Positions 28,851 to 38,222 of a DNA stretch of 64,000 nt are shown piece after piece (within the stretch, counting starts at the first letter, position 1; each line of letters opens with the position of its first letter). Source of the stretch: Tubiluchus corallicola (lineage: Eukaryota; Animalia; Priapulida). The notes under the pieces are model-generated. The model searched no databases. It saw only the letters and a list, made by a program, of their open reading frames with translations, and was not told the DNA's origin. The stretch spans positions 294,743 through 358,742 of the forward strand of contig JAQGDQ010000229.1 in NCBI GenBank assembly GCA_030141605.1, given 5' to 3'. The translations under genes were made by a program, and so were the position numbers.

Positions 28851-30044
28851 TCTCTGTTATGTAGTTGTAGGTTGTTATTTACAGTCGGCGATAATAGCTC
28901 TTTGAGCTAATGTTAATTGTTGACCCAAAAGCCAACTTTAAATAAATATTATTATTAAGTGCTCATAAAGCATTAACATTAGCGCTAACATTTTTATGGA
29001 AGTTCACATCAATACAATAGACGTAATCTTGAAATTAGTTTTGCTGAGTTAACATAGAAACACTACGCCGTGCACTGGTCAGACTCAGAGCAGTCCGTGC
29101 TTGGAGCCCTAGGTACTGACAGACAGTGACAGCGTACTTGTTGACACTCAGTTCCTGTTTCTTGTCTGCATGATATTGGACGTAACCAGAGTTACAGCAG
29201 AACCCTGTATCAAATTCATGTAGTAAATGATACATGGCCCGATCACAGTTACTCGATTTGATGACAATTCTAAAGTATTATAATACAATTGGAATCGACG
29301 CAAGCATTAACAATCTCCATTTTCCTTTATCTAACAATACTCTCTTTAGGCTTTAGACTCACTCTGTTTGTGGTTAACAGGACTGGCAGAAGTTATTCTG
29401 TCAACAGAAGTGTTATTGGGCACTATACATGTTAGCTATGAAAATATGTGTAAAACATAAAAATTAAGTTAATGGTCAAACTTTGAAAAATTCAGGTCAA
29501 TATGTAGCCATTAAAGGTCTAAATCTAAGCCAGCAACTTTCGTTGCAAACAAAGTCAAGAAAGCAAACTCACTTATTGGAACAATCAACAAAAATGTGTA
29601 CTTATAATAAAAGTCCTATAATTATGTTGGAGTTTTATTACCCTGATAGTAGAAAGGTAGTCTTGTCAGTGTATTGTAAGTTGTTGATTACTTTTGTCAC
29701 TGTTATCAAATACCATAATAACTTATGTAATTTTTGCTATGAGGAGGCAAGCATTTTGTGCATTACAATTTTGACTAAGGTAAATTAATAAATTTTATTA
29801 ATGGGTATTGAAACTAGTAATCTTGCATAAGTGTTAGCACAATTATGCAGTGGAAGACCGAATTTAAATGTTGAATAATATAATATCAAAGCTAAGTAGA
29901 AATTGGATAAAACTCGGAATACTTAGTTGCTTGCAGACATGCTTTTTACTAACTTGATGATGTAATCGTCATGTGACATTAAGCAGGGACGATACTACAA
30001 ACAATATAAGAGTTAATTGAAGATAAATCTACATGGGATCAATA

Positions 30045-30570
30045 CAAGCGAGCTATATCTAGGAAACTGAAAGTTCTTCTAATTAATAAAAGTCTCTTTC
30101 TTGGTTTCTTGGTAACTTCATCAATATGTTGGCTAAATGTCAGCTTGTTGTCCACATATACCCCAACATCCTTTTGACACTCAATTTGTGTTATGATTCT
30201 CTGTCCGCCTGACCTATCACTCATGAAATAGTTAATGGTTGTTCCCTAGATGTAGAATTTTGCATTTATATGTATTAAATGGCATTGCTATTCTCTGGAC
30301 CATGCATCAATGACTGATATGTCATACTTCAGTGTCATACGATCATAAACTGACTTTACACTTTTGTATATCTTTGTGTCATCGGCAAACATTTTGACTG
30401 TTGATGTTCATTTGTCTGGTAGGTCATTAGCATAGATAAGAAACAATGAGGGTTCAAGCACGCTGCCCTGTGGTATGCCACTCTTTACAGCAAAATCGGA
30501 AGACTTACTAGAGTTGATTACTACACACTGCGAAGGATTTGTTAAAAAATCTTGAATCCATGCTAAATCA
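30045..30570 (-). mobile_element. CR1-clade LINE reverse-transcriptase remnant (pseudogenised)
   Basis: WIQDFL..SGIPQGSVLEPSLFLIYANDL*..KMFADDTKIY..KDVGVYVDNKLTFSQHI, with in-frame stops and frameshifts. Confidence 0.9.
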
Positions 30571-33173
30571 ATGCTTGAATCATGCATGAAATGCTTGCGT
30601 TGCTGCTGATGGTTACCTGTTTCACTACTACAACTCGGGTAACTGGTTTTGAACTCCACCCAAGATACACTGATTACAAAAGTAAAAGGCATTACATGTA
30701 TTATAATTTAATAAATATAACTTATAATACTTCCCCGTCGATTATCAAACTCGCCGTCGCAAAATAAGAAATCATTTGTCTTTCGAATGGCGACACCATC
30801 TGATTTCATTTGACTAGCTGGAATCACTGAAATTATTATGTATAGTGGGTGAACGCGTATACAGACAAAAAGTCGTTGTACATGGAAAATAAACTGAGTA
30901 AGCCGAATTGAATTGAATCTTCCATATTTCAGTAATCTCTACGATTGCTTACACGTCAAAACACAAAAAAGTCTGGCGGCTTTATTGAGAAAGAAAAGAG
31001 TGTCACTGTATTGCTTAAAATTTAAATAATCCATGTCATGAAGTTTGTTGTACGAATGTGCTAATTGCTTGATTTTCTACGTAATTAAATCACCTCCGCG
31101 TAGGAATTACAATCGAGAGTTAAACTTTAAAGAGTTCATTGTTTAACTTTGTGATGTGAGTTTTTACTGAATCTAAATTATGTTTATTCGTCGTTTTTCA
31201 CAGCGCTAGCAAGATATGATTAAGATTCTGCACTATATGCAGGGTCTTCTTATTACAAACCGTTTATTTCTTTATTGTTTCTCCGCTACGACGGTGATTA
31301 ACACCAAACCCATAGAACAGTATAATCCGCTTATACTAGCGATAACGCTATGACGCCTGTTATAATAAGCCTCTGGATATTACGAGGAAATTTCTAAGTC
31401 CCGCCAAATCTTAGGCTTAATAATATATTTAAACCTTGTTTACAGTGAGCTCCGACAGCACGAGACCTTGATTATGACGAGGGAATTTTCTGGCCTCGTG
31501 ATCATATTTACCCTGCATATACCAAGTGTGAGTTCTAAAACAATGAGTAAAATTGAATAGGCACCATTCACCAAGGACAGAAAAGCCAGCGGACCGGATG
31601 GAGACTAATTTATTGATCATGCGTGAAACAATGTGTATCAAGTACAGCACATGCAGACGTGCTGGTGTCGTTGGCAGCTACTTCTGCTGCTGTAATTTTA
31701 ACTTAAGGAATGAAGCGGGTGTGATTCAGACATAGAAAAGACCAGTTTGTCAACTTATTAGCTCGAATGACCCAGTTGAACTGATAATGACGTGTTCTCC
31801 TACCTCTCATAACTTGTAACCTTAAACTAAGATCTGATGTAAAGCATGCAAAAATAACCGAGTTTTTCAAACTGTTCTGCTTTGCAAACTAAGTAATTCT
31901 GTGGTTTTACAAAATTGAAATTTTAATGAATGTGCTATTAAACAAATGCCTCGATTTTATTACGTAGGAAATAGGCTAGCCAGATCGCAGGTTTAGTTAT
32001 TGTCCAACTTTCATCCTGCTAAAATGCTCATAATAACAAATCATATTGCAATTGCACAACTATTTAAATAAAAATGGAGATGTTCATATCAAGGCTAAGT
32101 TTAAACTGATAAAAACTAGTCGTTTTCCAATCACATAATTGTCCAATGGTCATGGGTAGGCAGTACTTGATTATATTATCAAATCCATGTAAAATGCTCT
32201 GAGCAGCTATCCGGCTATCAGCAGATGAAACAATCACTGCAGTGACAACTTAGAAAAGCAACTGGTGTTGCGATTTTATGCACGGATTTATTCATTAGTA
32301 CTGACACAATCCTAGAAATAACAGAGTTTCAACACTATAAGTTTACGCTGTAAGTTTTAAGTAAATACTGCGATTTTACACTAAATGGCTCGTAAGCTAG
32401 CTGTAGTGCAGATTTGACTATTAAGGTTCATGCCGAAAAGCTTAAAGGACAAGAAAAGGGGTACCTGAAGTAGGTTTCAGGAAAATCGCCTTAAAAATTA
32501 TATTACTCTATAGCTATTTTATGCATATAACGTACTCGCGTTGAAAAGATTTTTTATTTGTTTTCATTTTAATTTCCAGTGGCCGTGCCATTACATGGCG
32601 TCATAGTCATATACACACAATGTAAATCAGGGAAAGAAAAGTAAATATTAAACTATGCCCCAAAAAGACTTGTGTAACTATTAATAAGAAAACTATTAAT
32701 TATTTAAAATGCTTTCCCCAATTGGTAAAATGTCGCTGACTCACCCTCTAGGGTGCACCACTCACTAACCAAAAATGTATTTTAATCTTATTGACAAGAT
32801 ACAGTAATTTTAAACTTTATTTAGCTAGTGACGTGTGTGCTACGAGTACACTGATTATTTTTCAAAACTTTGCACAGTGTTGTCTAAAGTTGTTTCAAAT
32901 GATTTATTTTTGCGATAAGCTAAAATGAAATGACCATCATTCACATTATCCAAGCAAACACTGATATATCATGTTGAGTTATGAAATTTTTTAGAAACTT
33001 GGATACTAATCTTGGAGAACGTTTTTGCGAAATTCAGTTTCTACAGTTTCTAACTTTCTTTACCTTTGCTCTTGTACAGTGACTGGCGGATTTTTTGATG
33101 TCGTACAACACCAAAAACCAAAGCTGAGCTTATAATTTCTGAACAGAGTTGAAGAACTTCACACTTACGGATA

Positions 33174-36100
33174 ATGGATCTAGACATTACTTACAAGTGC
33201 ATCATGTGCAGTGATGCATTTGACACTGAACAGAACTTCTATAGTCATGCAAAATTTTTTCACTGCCGCATCCTTGTTTCTCAAGGGCACAATCCGGACA
33301 ATGATGTCCCAACACAAACTTGTATAAAAACTGAGCCAATTGATGATGACTTGCCGTCTGCCAGTGTTGATATCTGTAATGACAGCCATAGTAGCCATAT
33401 CAACTATCTAAATTCTAATGTATATAGAGAGGCAGATAGATTTACCAATTATGAATCAGTTGTTGAGCCACTTTCCCGGTATATAAACATGGCAGATCCA
33501 GGGAGCAAATCGTCACCACATGCTCACAGACATCACAGTAAAGTGTTTGCTGAAAATGGTGATCTGTCTGGCCTGGATATGCCATCACAACCTGATGAAT
33601 CACTAAGTCTTGTGAAACGTGAATGTACATCTTCATCACAGAGTGAGGATTTGTTCAGTAACACATTTGCAATGCAGTTTGACGAGCCATTCAGTTGTCG
33701 CGAAGGTGAATGTGAACATACAGAGACAGTGCTGTCCGATGAGTCATTAAATGGTGATAATCTACGTCAGTTTACGTCCAATCAGGAGGAGTTTTGTTGT
33801 TTGGATTTTCAGCGTCACTTTCCATGCCAACATAAAAGCAGCCGTCCACAGTCTCAACTGACTGAACCCAAAAGGAAACGGGGAAGACCAAAGAAAAAGT
33901 TGTCTGTTAAACAGAATCCAGTGTTATCACCTAGAAAAAACAGTGATGACCATGAATGCATTCAGCACTTACTGACAGTGCAGTCTGGTCAGTCATCAAG
34001 TAGTGAAAATCAAGGTCCGCCAGTGTCAAATGTGGAGAACTTTTACCATTTGGACTTTCCATGCAAAGATAAAGGCTACCATCTACAGTCTCAGCTATGT
34101 GATCTACAAGGAAAAAGCCGTGAGCAGAGTGAACCTAAAAGAAAACCGGGGCGACCAAAGAAAAAATTACTTGCTAAGCAAAATGTGACACTGTCACCTA
34201 CAAAGAAATATGATGAAAGTGAATGTGATATTAATGATTCCACTGAGCTTTTTACTGGCCAGCCTGTAGTGCAGGCAGATGACCAGGTGCCAAAGAAAAT
34301 AACAAAGCAATTGAATCGAGATATATGGATTTGTCAAGTATGTGGTAAAAAGTTTTTGAAGAGTGCTTCTTTTATAAATCATAAGTTAAGAGCCCATAAA
34401 ATCAGTAAAAAATGTCATATTTGTAAGAAGACATTTTCCACAAAGCGCGGTGGTGGGTTAGAGTATCATTTGCTAAGAGATCACAATAAGTGTTATGTGG
34501 AAGCTGTGTGTACTCTGTGTGGTAAAAACTTGAGCAGTTTAGCAAAGTACACCATACACATGCGCCATATTCACAGACAAGTGCCAGATGAGTTCGTCGT
34601 TCGACGTGCAATTTTTTTAGCTAATAGAATGAACAACTTTGATGAAAATGAGGAATCGGGCACTCAGATCTCTTCGGAAGTACGTAAAATCTCTGATGAT
34701 GACAAAGATGTCAAGGTATTGCCAGTTGTGAAGCATGTAACGAAAAGAAAACGTGGTGCTGTAAAAAAGTCGATGCACAGGTATCTGCAATTGCGCTCCA
34801 GTAAAAGGCAGCTGCGTAGCAAGAAAATATGTCCCACAGTTCACATGTGCAAGTTGTGTGACAGGAAGTTTCCTTTGCATTTTCTTTTGAAAAAGCACAG
34901 AAAACAGTGCCATGAAACTGCCAAGAGTAACGTCTGCCAAATTTGTAACCAAAAGTTTCAAAAGAATGTTATGTTAAAAAGCCATCTTTTGACTAAACAT
35001 AACAAACAATATATTGAGGCTACGTGTATCTTATGTGATTTGTCTTTTTGTAGTTTAACGAGATATTTTCTACACTTGCGTCATGTGCACAACCAACTAC
35101 CATCAAAAGCGTCATCTTCACTTGCTGCTTCTCGAGCAAAAGAGAAAAAGAACTTTGTTGAGAAAGATGAGGCAAATCGTGCAGAAGCTGCCTTGCAAGC
35201 TGCAATGAAGTCTATTAAAACAAGTGAAACTTCAGCTAGAATGTCATGTGATAGTATTATAAGACTAGGAACTCTTACTAGTCGTAAAAGGAAGTTAGAC
35301 TCACCAAACAAAACATCATTAGAAATGAACAATAAGAGAAGAAAAATTCTCCCTGTTTATTCTTGTGATGTCTGTGAGACGCAGTTCTATGAATCTGCAT
35401 CATTAGAAACTCACAAAAATATTTTTCACACGTCTAAGCAAAAACTTCACGTTTGTCCAATATGTAATCAGCGTTTTAAACGCAAGGCAGCATTAACTGA
35501 TCATGTTTTAAGAAAACACGAGAAGCGGTACATAGAAGCCATTTGTGGCATTTGTGGTCAGTCTTTTGCAAATTTAGCTAGGCATTCAGTACATTTGCGA
35601 CAAGTACACAACCAAGCACCATCAAAAGCTAGTTCTACACTTGCCATTTATTTGGCAAAAGAAAAACAGAATATTGCAGAAAGAGTGGGATCAAAAATTG
35701 TAGCTGACGGCTCGCAAAAAGTCAAGAAATTCGCTCACACAGATTCGGTCTCTTTCGAACTCGGAAAAACGAAGACTGTTGATTTATCGAAAACTCTTTT
35801 AATGTTTGACGAAGAAACTGAAAATAAGAAAACTGAAGAAAAATGGGCAGAAGCGACAGATAGCAACCAGTCTTCGGCTGTATGTGAAAATTTATCTGCA
35901 GAACAACAACTTGTTGCCTTTAACAGCATTTCACCTGTTGCTAATTCAAATGGTGGTAATGCTGAGCTTGAAGTGGTTCCTTTTGAACTTGGAGAGACTA
36001 AAAGTGCAACTGAGTGTTTGAAAACTCTTTTTACTACCTATTGGATTGATAATGCAGTTGATGAAGCATTGGACAAAAAAGAACAATCTAATTCAATAAG

Positions 36101-38222
36101 AACAACCGACGATCAACAAATTGCTGGTGTCAACACAGACGTGCTATATGTTCGACCTGCGCCTGAAATGGGTAAACAGAAGAGGAGTAAAGAAAAGAAA
36201 CTAAGCAAGGAACAGAAGTTTCCCCATACGTGCCAATTATGCAGGAGAGATTTTCCCAGAGCAGTTTCGTTATCATATCACATCAGATTTTGCCACAATG
36301 AATATTCATGTATGATTTGCACTGAAAAGTTCCAATGTAAAAGCCATTTTAAAGATCACTTATTGATGCAACATGATGGATGTTTTGTTGATGCTGTTTG
36401 TAGTTCGTGCGGTGAATATTTTAGCACTTTGGCAGGTCATTCCAAACACATTAAACAAGTACATAAGAAAGCAATAACAGAATCGGAATCAACAGAAGCC
36501 ATTGCACTAGCAAGGAAAATGAATAATTTTGTAAGAAAGGAAGACTTTAGAAGAACAGGAGGCATTCTTCCCAAAGTAACAAATGCAAATTCGGCCAATA
36601 AGGAGCAGTCTCAGGATGACGTATATAGCGCAGAAGATAATGATATTAAGAGAACTGTTGCAGATCTCATACGGAATTTGGTTACAGTTGTTGAGCAGCA
36701 GTGTGCTGGAATTGATAATCGTTGTTTGCCTGTTTCCACTGTTTTGGCTGACAGTTTGACACCTTCAGATAAGGAAAATTTTGGATTATCTGGTACATTT
36801 TATTCCACTAAAGGCACCCAAGACTCCTCACCACTTAATATGTCATATTACAGTAAAAACCTCTCTAGTGGTCCAATGCCTCAAAATTCAAGCGATGTAA
36901 AGAAGAGTGAAGAAACATCGTTAGTGAATTATGATTATTATTGTAAACAATGTGACAGGCAGTTTTCCAACAAAGCGGGCTTGGCTAGTCATGTAAGGTT
37001 TTGTCATAAATCATTTATTCATTCTTGTAAACAATGTAACAAGCAGTTTACCAATAGAGTGGGCTTGGCCAATCATGTAAGGTTTTGTCATAAAACGTTT
37101 GTTCATTCTTGTAAACAATGTGACAAGAAGTTTACCAATAATGTAGGCTTGGTCAACCATGCAAGGTTTTGTCACAAAACATTTAGGCCTGCTTATTCTT
37201 GTAAACAATGTGACAAGTTGTTTACCAACAGAGTGGGCTTGGTCAACCATGTTAGACTTTGTCATGAAACTCTTTTTTATTCTTGTAAGCAATGCAACAA
37301 ACAGTTTTCCAAGCTGTGCTCTTTGGCCAGTCATGCAAAGCTTTGTCATAAAGCGTACACATGTACAGTGTGTCATAAGAGCTTTATGAGCAGATCTAAA
37401 GCGGAGAAGCATTACTCAGCTGTGCACAATTGGCGTTCTGTGACGGCTGTGTGTAATTTATGCAAACTAGACTTTTACTCATCATCAAGCTATACTGAAC
37501 ACGCTTCTGAAGTGCATCAGCTGTCAGGTACAGCACTGAAATCAGCATTAAGGTGTGCCAAGAGCTTAGCCGAAGAAAGAGAAAGTGTCACTAGAACAGT
37601 TAAAGTAGATGGCGAGGAATCTACTGTAATTTGTCATGGTACTGTTAAGGATGTGATTGAAATTGCAACCAAGAATCACAACCTTACTGTGAGCAGTGGC
37701 ACGGAATATGTTAACAATATGTCAAAAATTGAAAATTCAAGAGATTTTTGCTTGAAGTCAACCGAAAATGATTTTACAACTACCAGTACTATGCTTAATC
37801 AGCCATGTACATCACCTCAATCACTGAGGAAACGAAGACGCTCTGCTGTGCACTGCCATTCACCTTGGCTATGCAAGTGGTGTAACATTTCATTTCAGAA
37901 CAGAGAGCAACTTCAATCGCATTATTCAACATTTCACTTCATGAGAAGACGCTCTTCTAACTGTAGCAATTATAAATGTGACACTTGCAGTCGTACCTTT
38001 TTGTCTCGTGGCTCATTACGCTTGCATTGCCTGCATACCAACCACAAGAACTGTGAAACTAATTCACCACAGCGTTTGCAAAATTTAGGCATTACAACTT
38101 TGTCGCAAAATGCAGAAAACGATAAACATGCTTCAATTAATATTAACATGCCAGAGAGTTTTGTGAAACTGGAAAGGGTAAAAACCGACGGTTCCACGTG
38201 TAAAATTGTTAATTTGATATAA
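33174..38222 (+). CDS. Multi-C2H2 zinc-finger protein (~22 fingers) with two AT-hooks, 1682 aa, single coding exon
   Basis: 5-kb uninterrupted ORF; repeated CxxC-x12-Hxxx(x)H fingers; AT-hooks KRKRGRPKKK and KRKPGRPKKK; splice acceptor cttgtacag at ~33079 upstream of the ATG; AATAAA at ~38778 and ~38880. Confidence 0.95.
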   Translation: MDLDITYKCIMCSDAFDTEQNFYSHAKFFHCRILVSQGHNPDNDVPTQTCIKTEPIDDDLPSASVDICNDSHSSHINYLNSNVYREADRFTNYESVVEPLSRYINMADPGSKSSPHAHRHHSKVFAENGDLSGLDMPSQPDESLSLVKRECTSSSQSEDLFSNTFAMQFDEPFSCREGECEHTETVLSDESLNGDNLRQFTSNQEEFCCLDFQRHFPCQHKSSRPQSQLTEPKRKRGRPKKKLSVKQNPVLSPRKNSDDHECIQHLLTVQSGQSSSSENQGPPVSNVENFYHLDFPCKDKGYHLQSQLCDLQGKSREQSEPKRKPGRPKKKLLAKQNVTLSPTKKYDESECDINDSTELFTGQPVVQADDQVPKKITKQLNRDIWICQVCGKKFLKSASFINHKLRAHKISKKCHICKKTFSTKRGGGLEYHLLRDHNKCYVEAVCTLCGKNLSSLAKYTIHMRHIHRQVPDEFVVRRAIFLANRMNNFDENEESGTQISSEVRKISDDDKDVKVLPVVKHVTKRKRGAVKKSMHRYLQLRSSKRQLRSKKICPTVHMCKLCDRKFPLHFLLKKHRKQCHETAKSNVCQICNQKFQKNVMLKSHLLTKHNKQYIEATCILCDLSFCSLTRYFLHLRHVHNQLPSKASSSLAASRAKEKKNFVEKDEANRAEAALQAAMKSIKTSETSARMSCDSIIRLGTLTSRKRKLDSPNKTSLEMNNKRRKILPVYSCDVCETQFYESASLETHKNIFHTSKQKLHVCPICNQRFKRKAALTDHVLRKHEKRYIEAICGICGQSFANLARHSVHLRQVHNQAPSKASSTLAIYLAKEKQNIAERVGSKIVADGSQKVKKFAHTDSVSFELGKTKTVDLSKTLLMFDEETENKKTEEKWAEATDSNQSSAVCENLSAEQQLVAFNSISPVANSNGGNAELEVVPFELGETKSATECLKTLFTTYWIDNAVDEALDKKEQSNSIRTTDDQQIAGVNTDVLYVRPAPEMGKQKRSKEKKLSKEQKFPHTCQLCRRDFPRAVSLSYHIRFCHNEYSCMICTEKFQCKSHFKDHLLMQHDGCFVDAVCSSCGEYFSTLAGHSKHIKQVHKKAITESESTEAIALARKMNNFVRKEDFRRTGGILPKVTNANSANKEQSQDDVYSAEDNDIKRTVADLIRNLVTVVEQQCAGIDNRCLPVSTVLADSLTPSDKENFGLSGTFYSTKGTQDSSPLNMSYYSKNLSSGPMPQNSSDVKKSEETSLVNYDYYCKQCDRQFSNKAGLASHVRFCHKSFIHSCKQCNKQFTNRVGLANHVRFCHKTFVHSCKQCDKKFTNNVGLVNHARFCHKTFRPAYSCKQCDKLFTNRVGLVNHVRLCHETLFYSCKQCNKQFSKLCSLASHAKLCHKAYTCTVCHKSFMSRSKAEKHYSAVHNWRSVTAVCNLCKLDFYSSSSYTEHASEVHQLSGTALKSALRCAKSLAEERESVTRTVKVDGEESTVICHGTVKDVIEIATKNHNLTVSSGTEYVNNMSKIENSRDFCLKSTENDFTTTSTMLNQPCTSPQSLRKRRRSAVHCHSPWLCKWCNISFQNREQLQSHYSTFHFMRRRSSNCSNYKCDTCSRTFLSRGSLRLHCLHTNHKNCETNSPQRLQNLGITTLSQNAENDKHASININMPESFVKLERVKTDGSTCKIVNLI
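36935..37350 (+). repeat. Intragenic tandem array of five near-identical finger-coding units (~84-90 bp)
   Basis: ttgtaaacaatgtgaca...gggcttgg..a.tcatg.aaggttttgtcataaa repeated; peptide CKQCxKxFxNxxGLxxHxRFCH. Confidence 0.9.
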
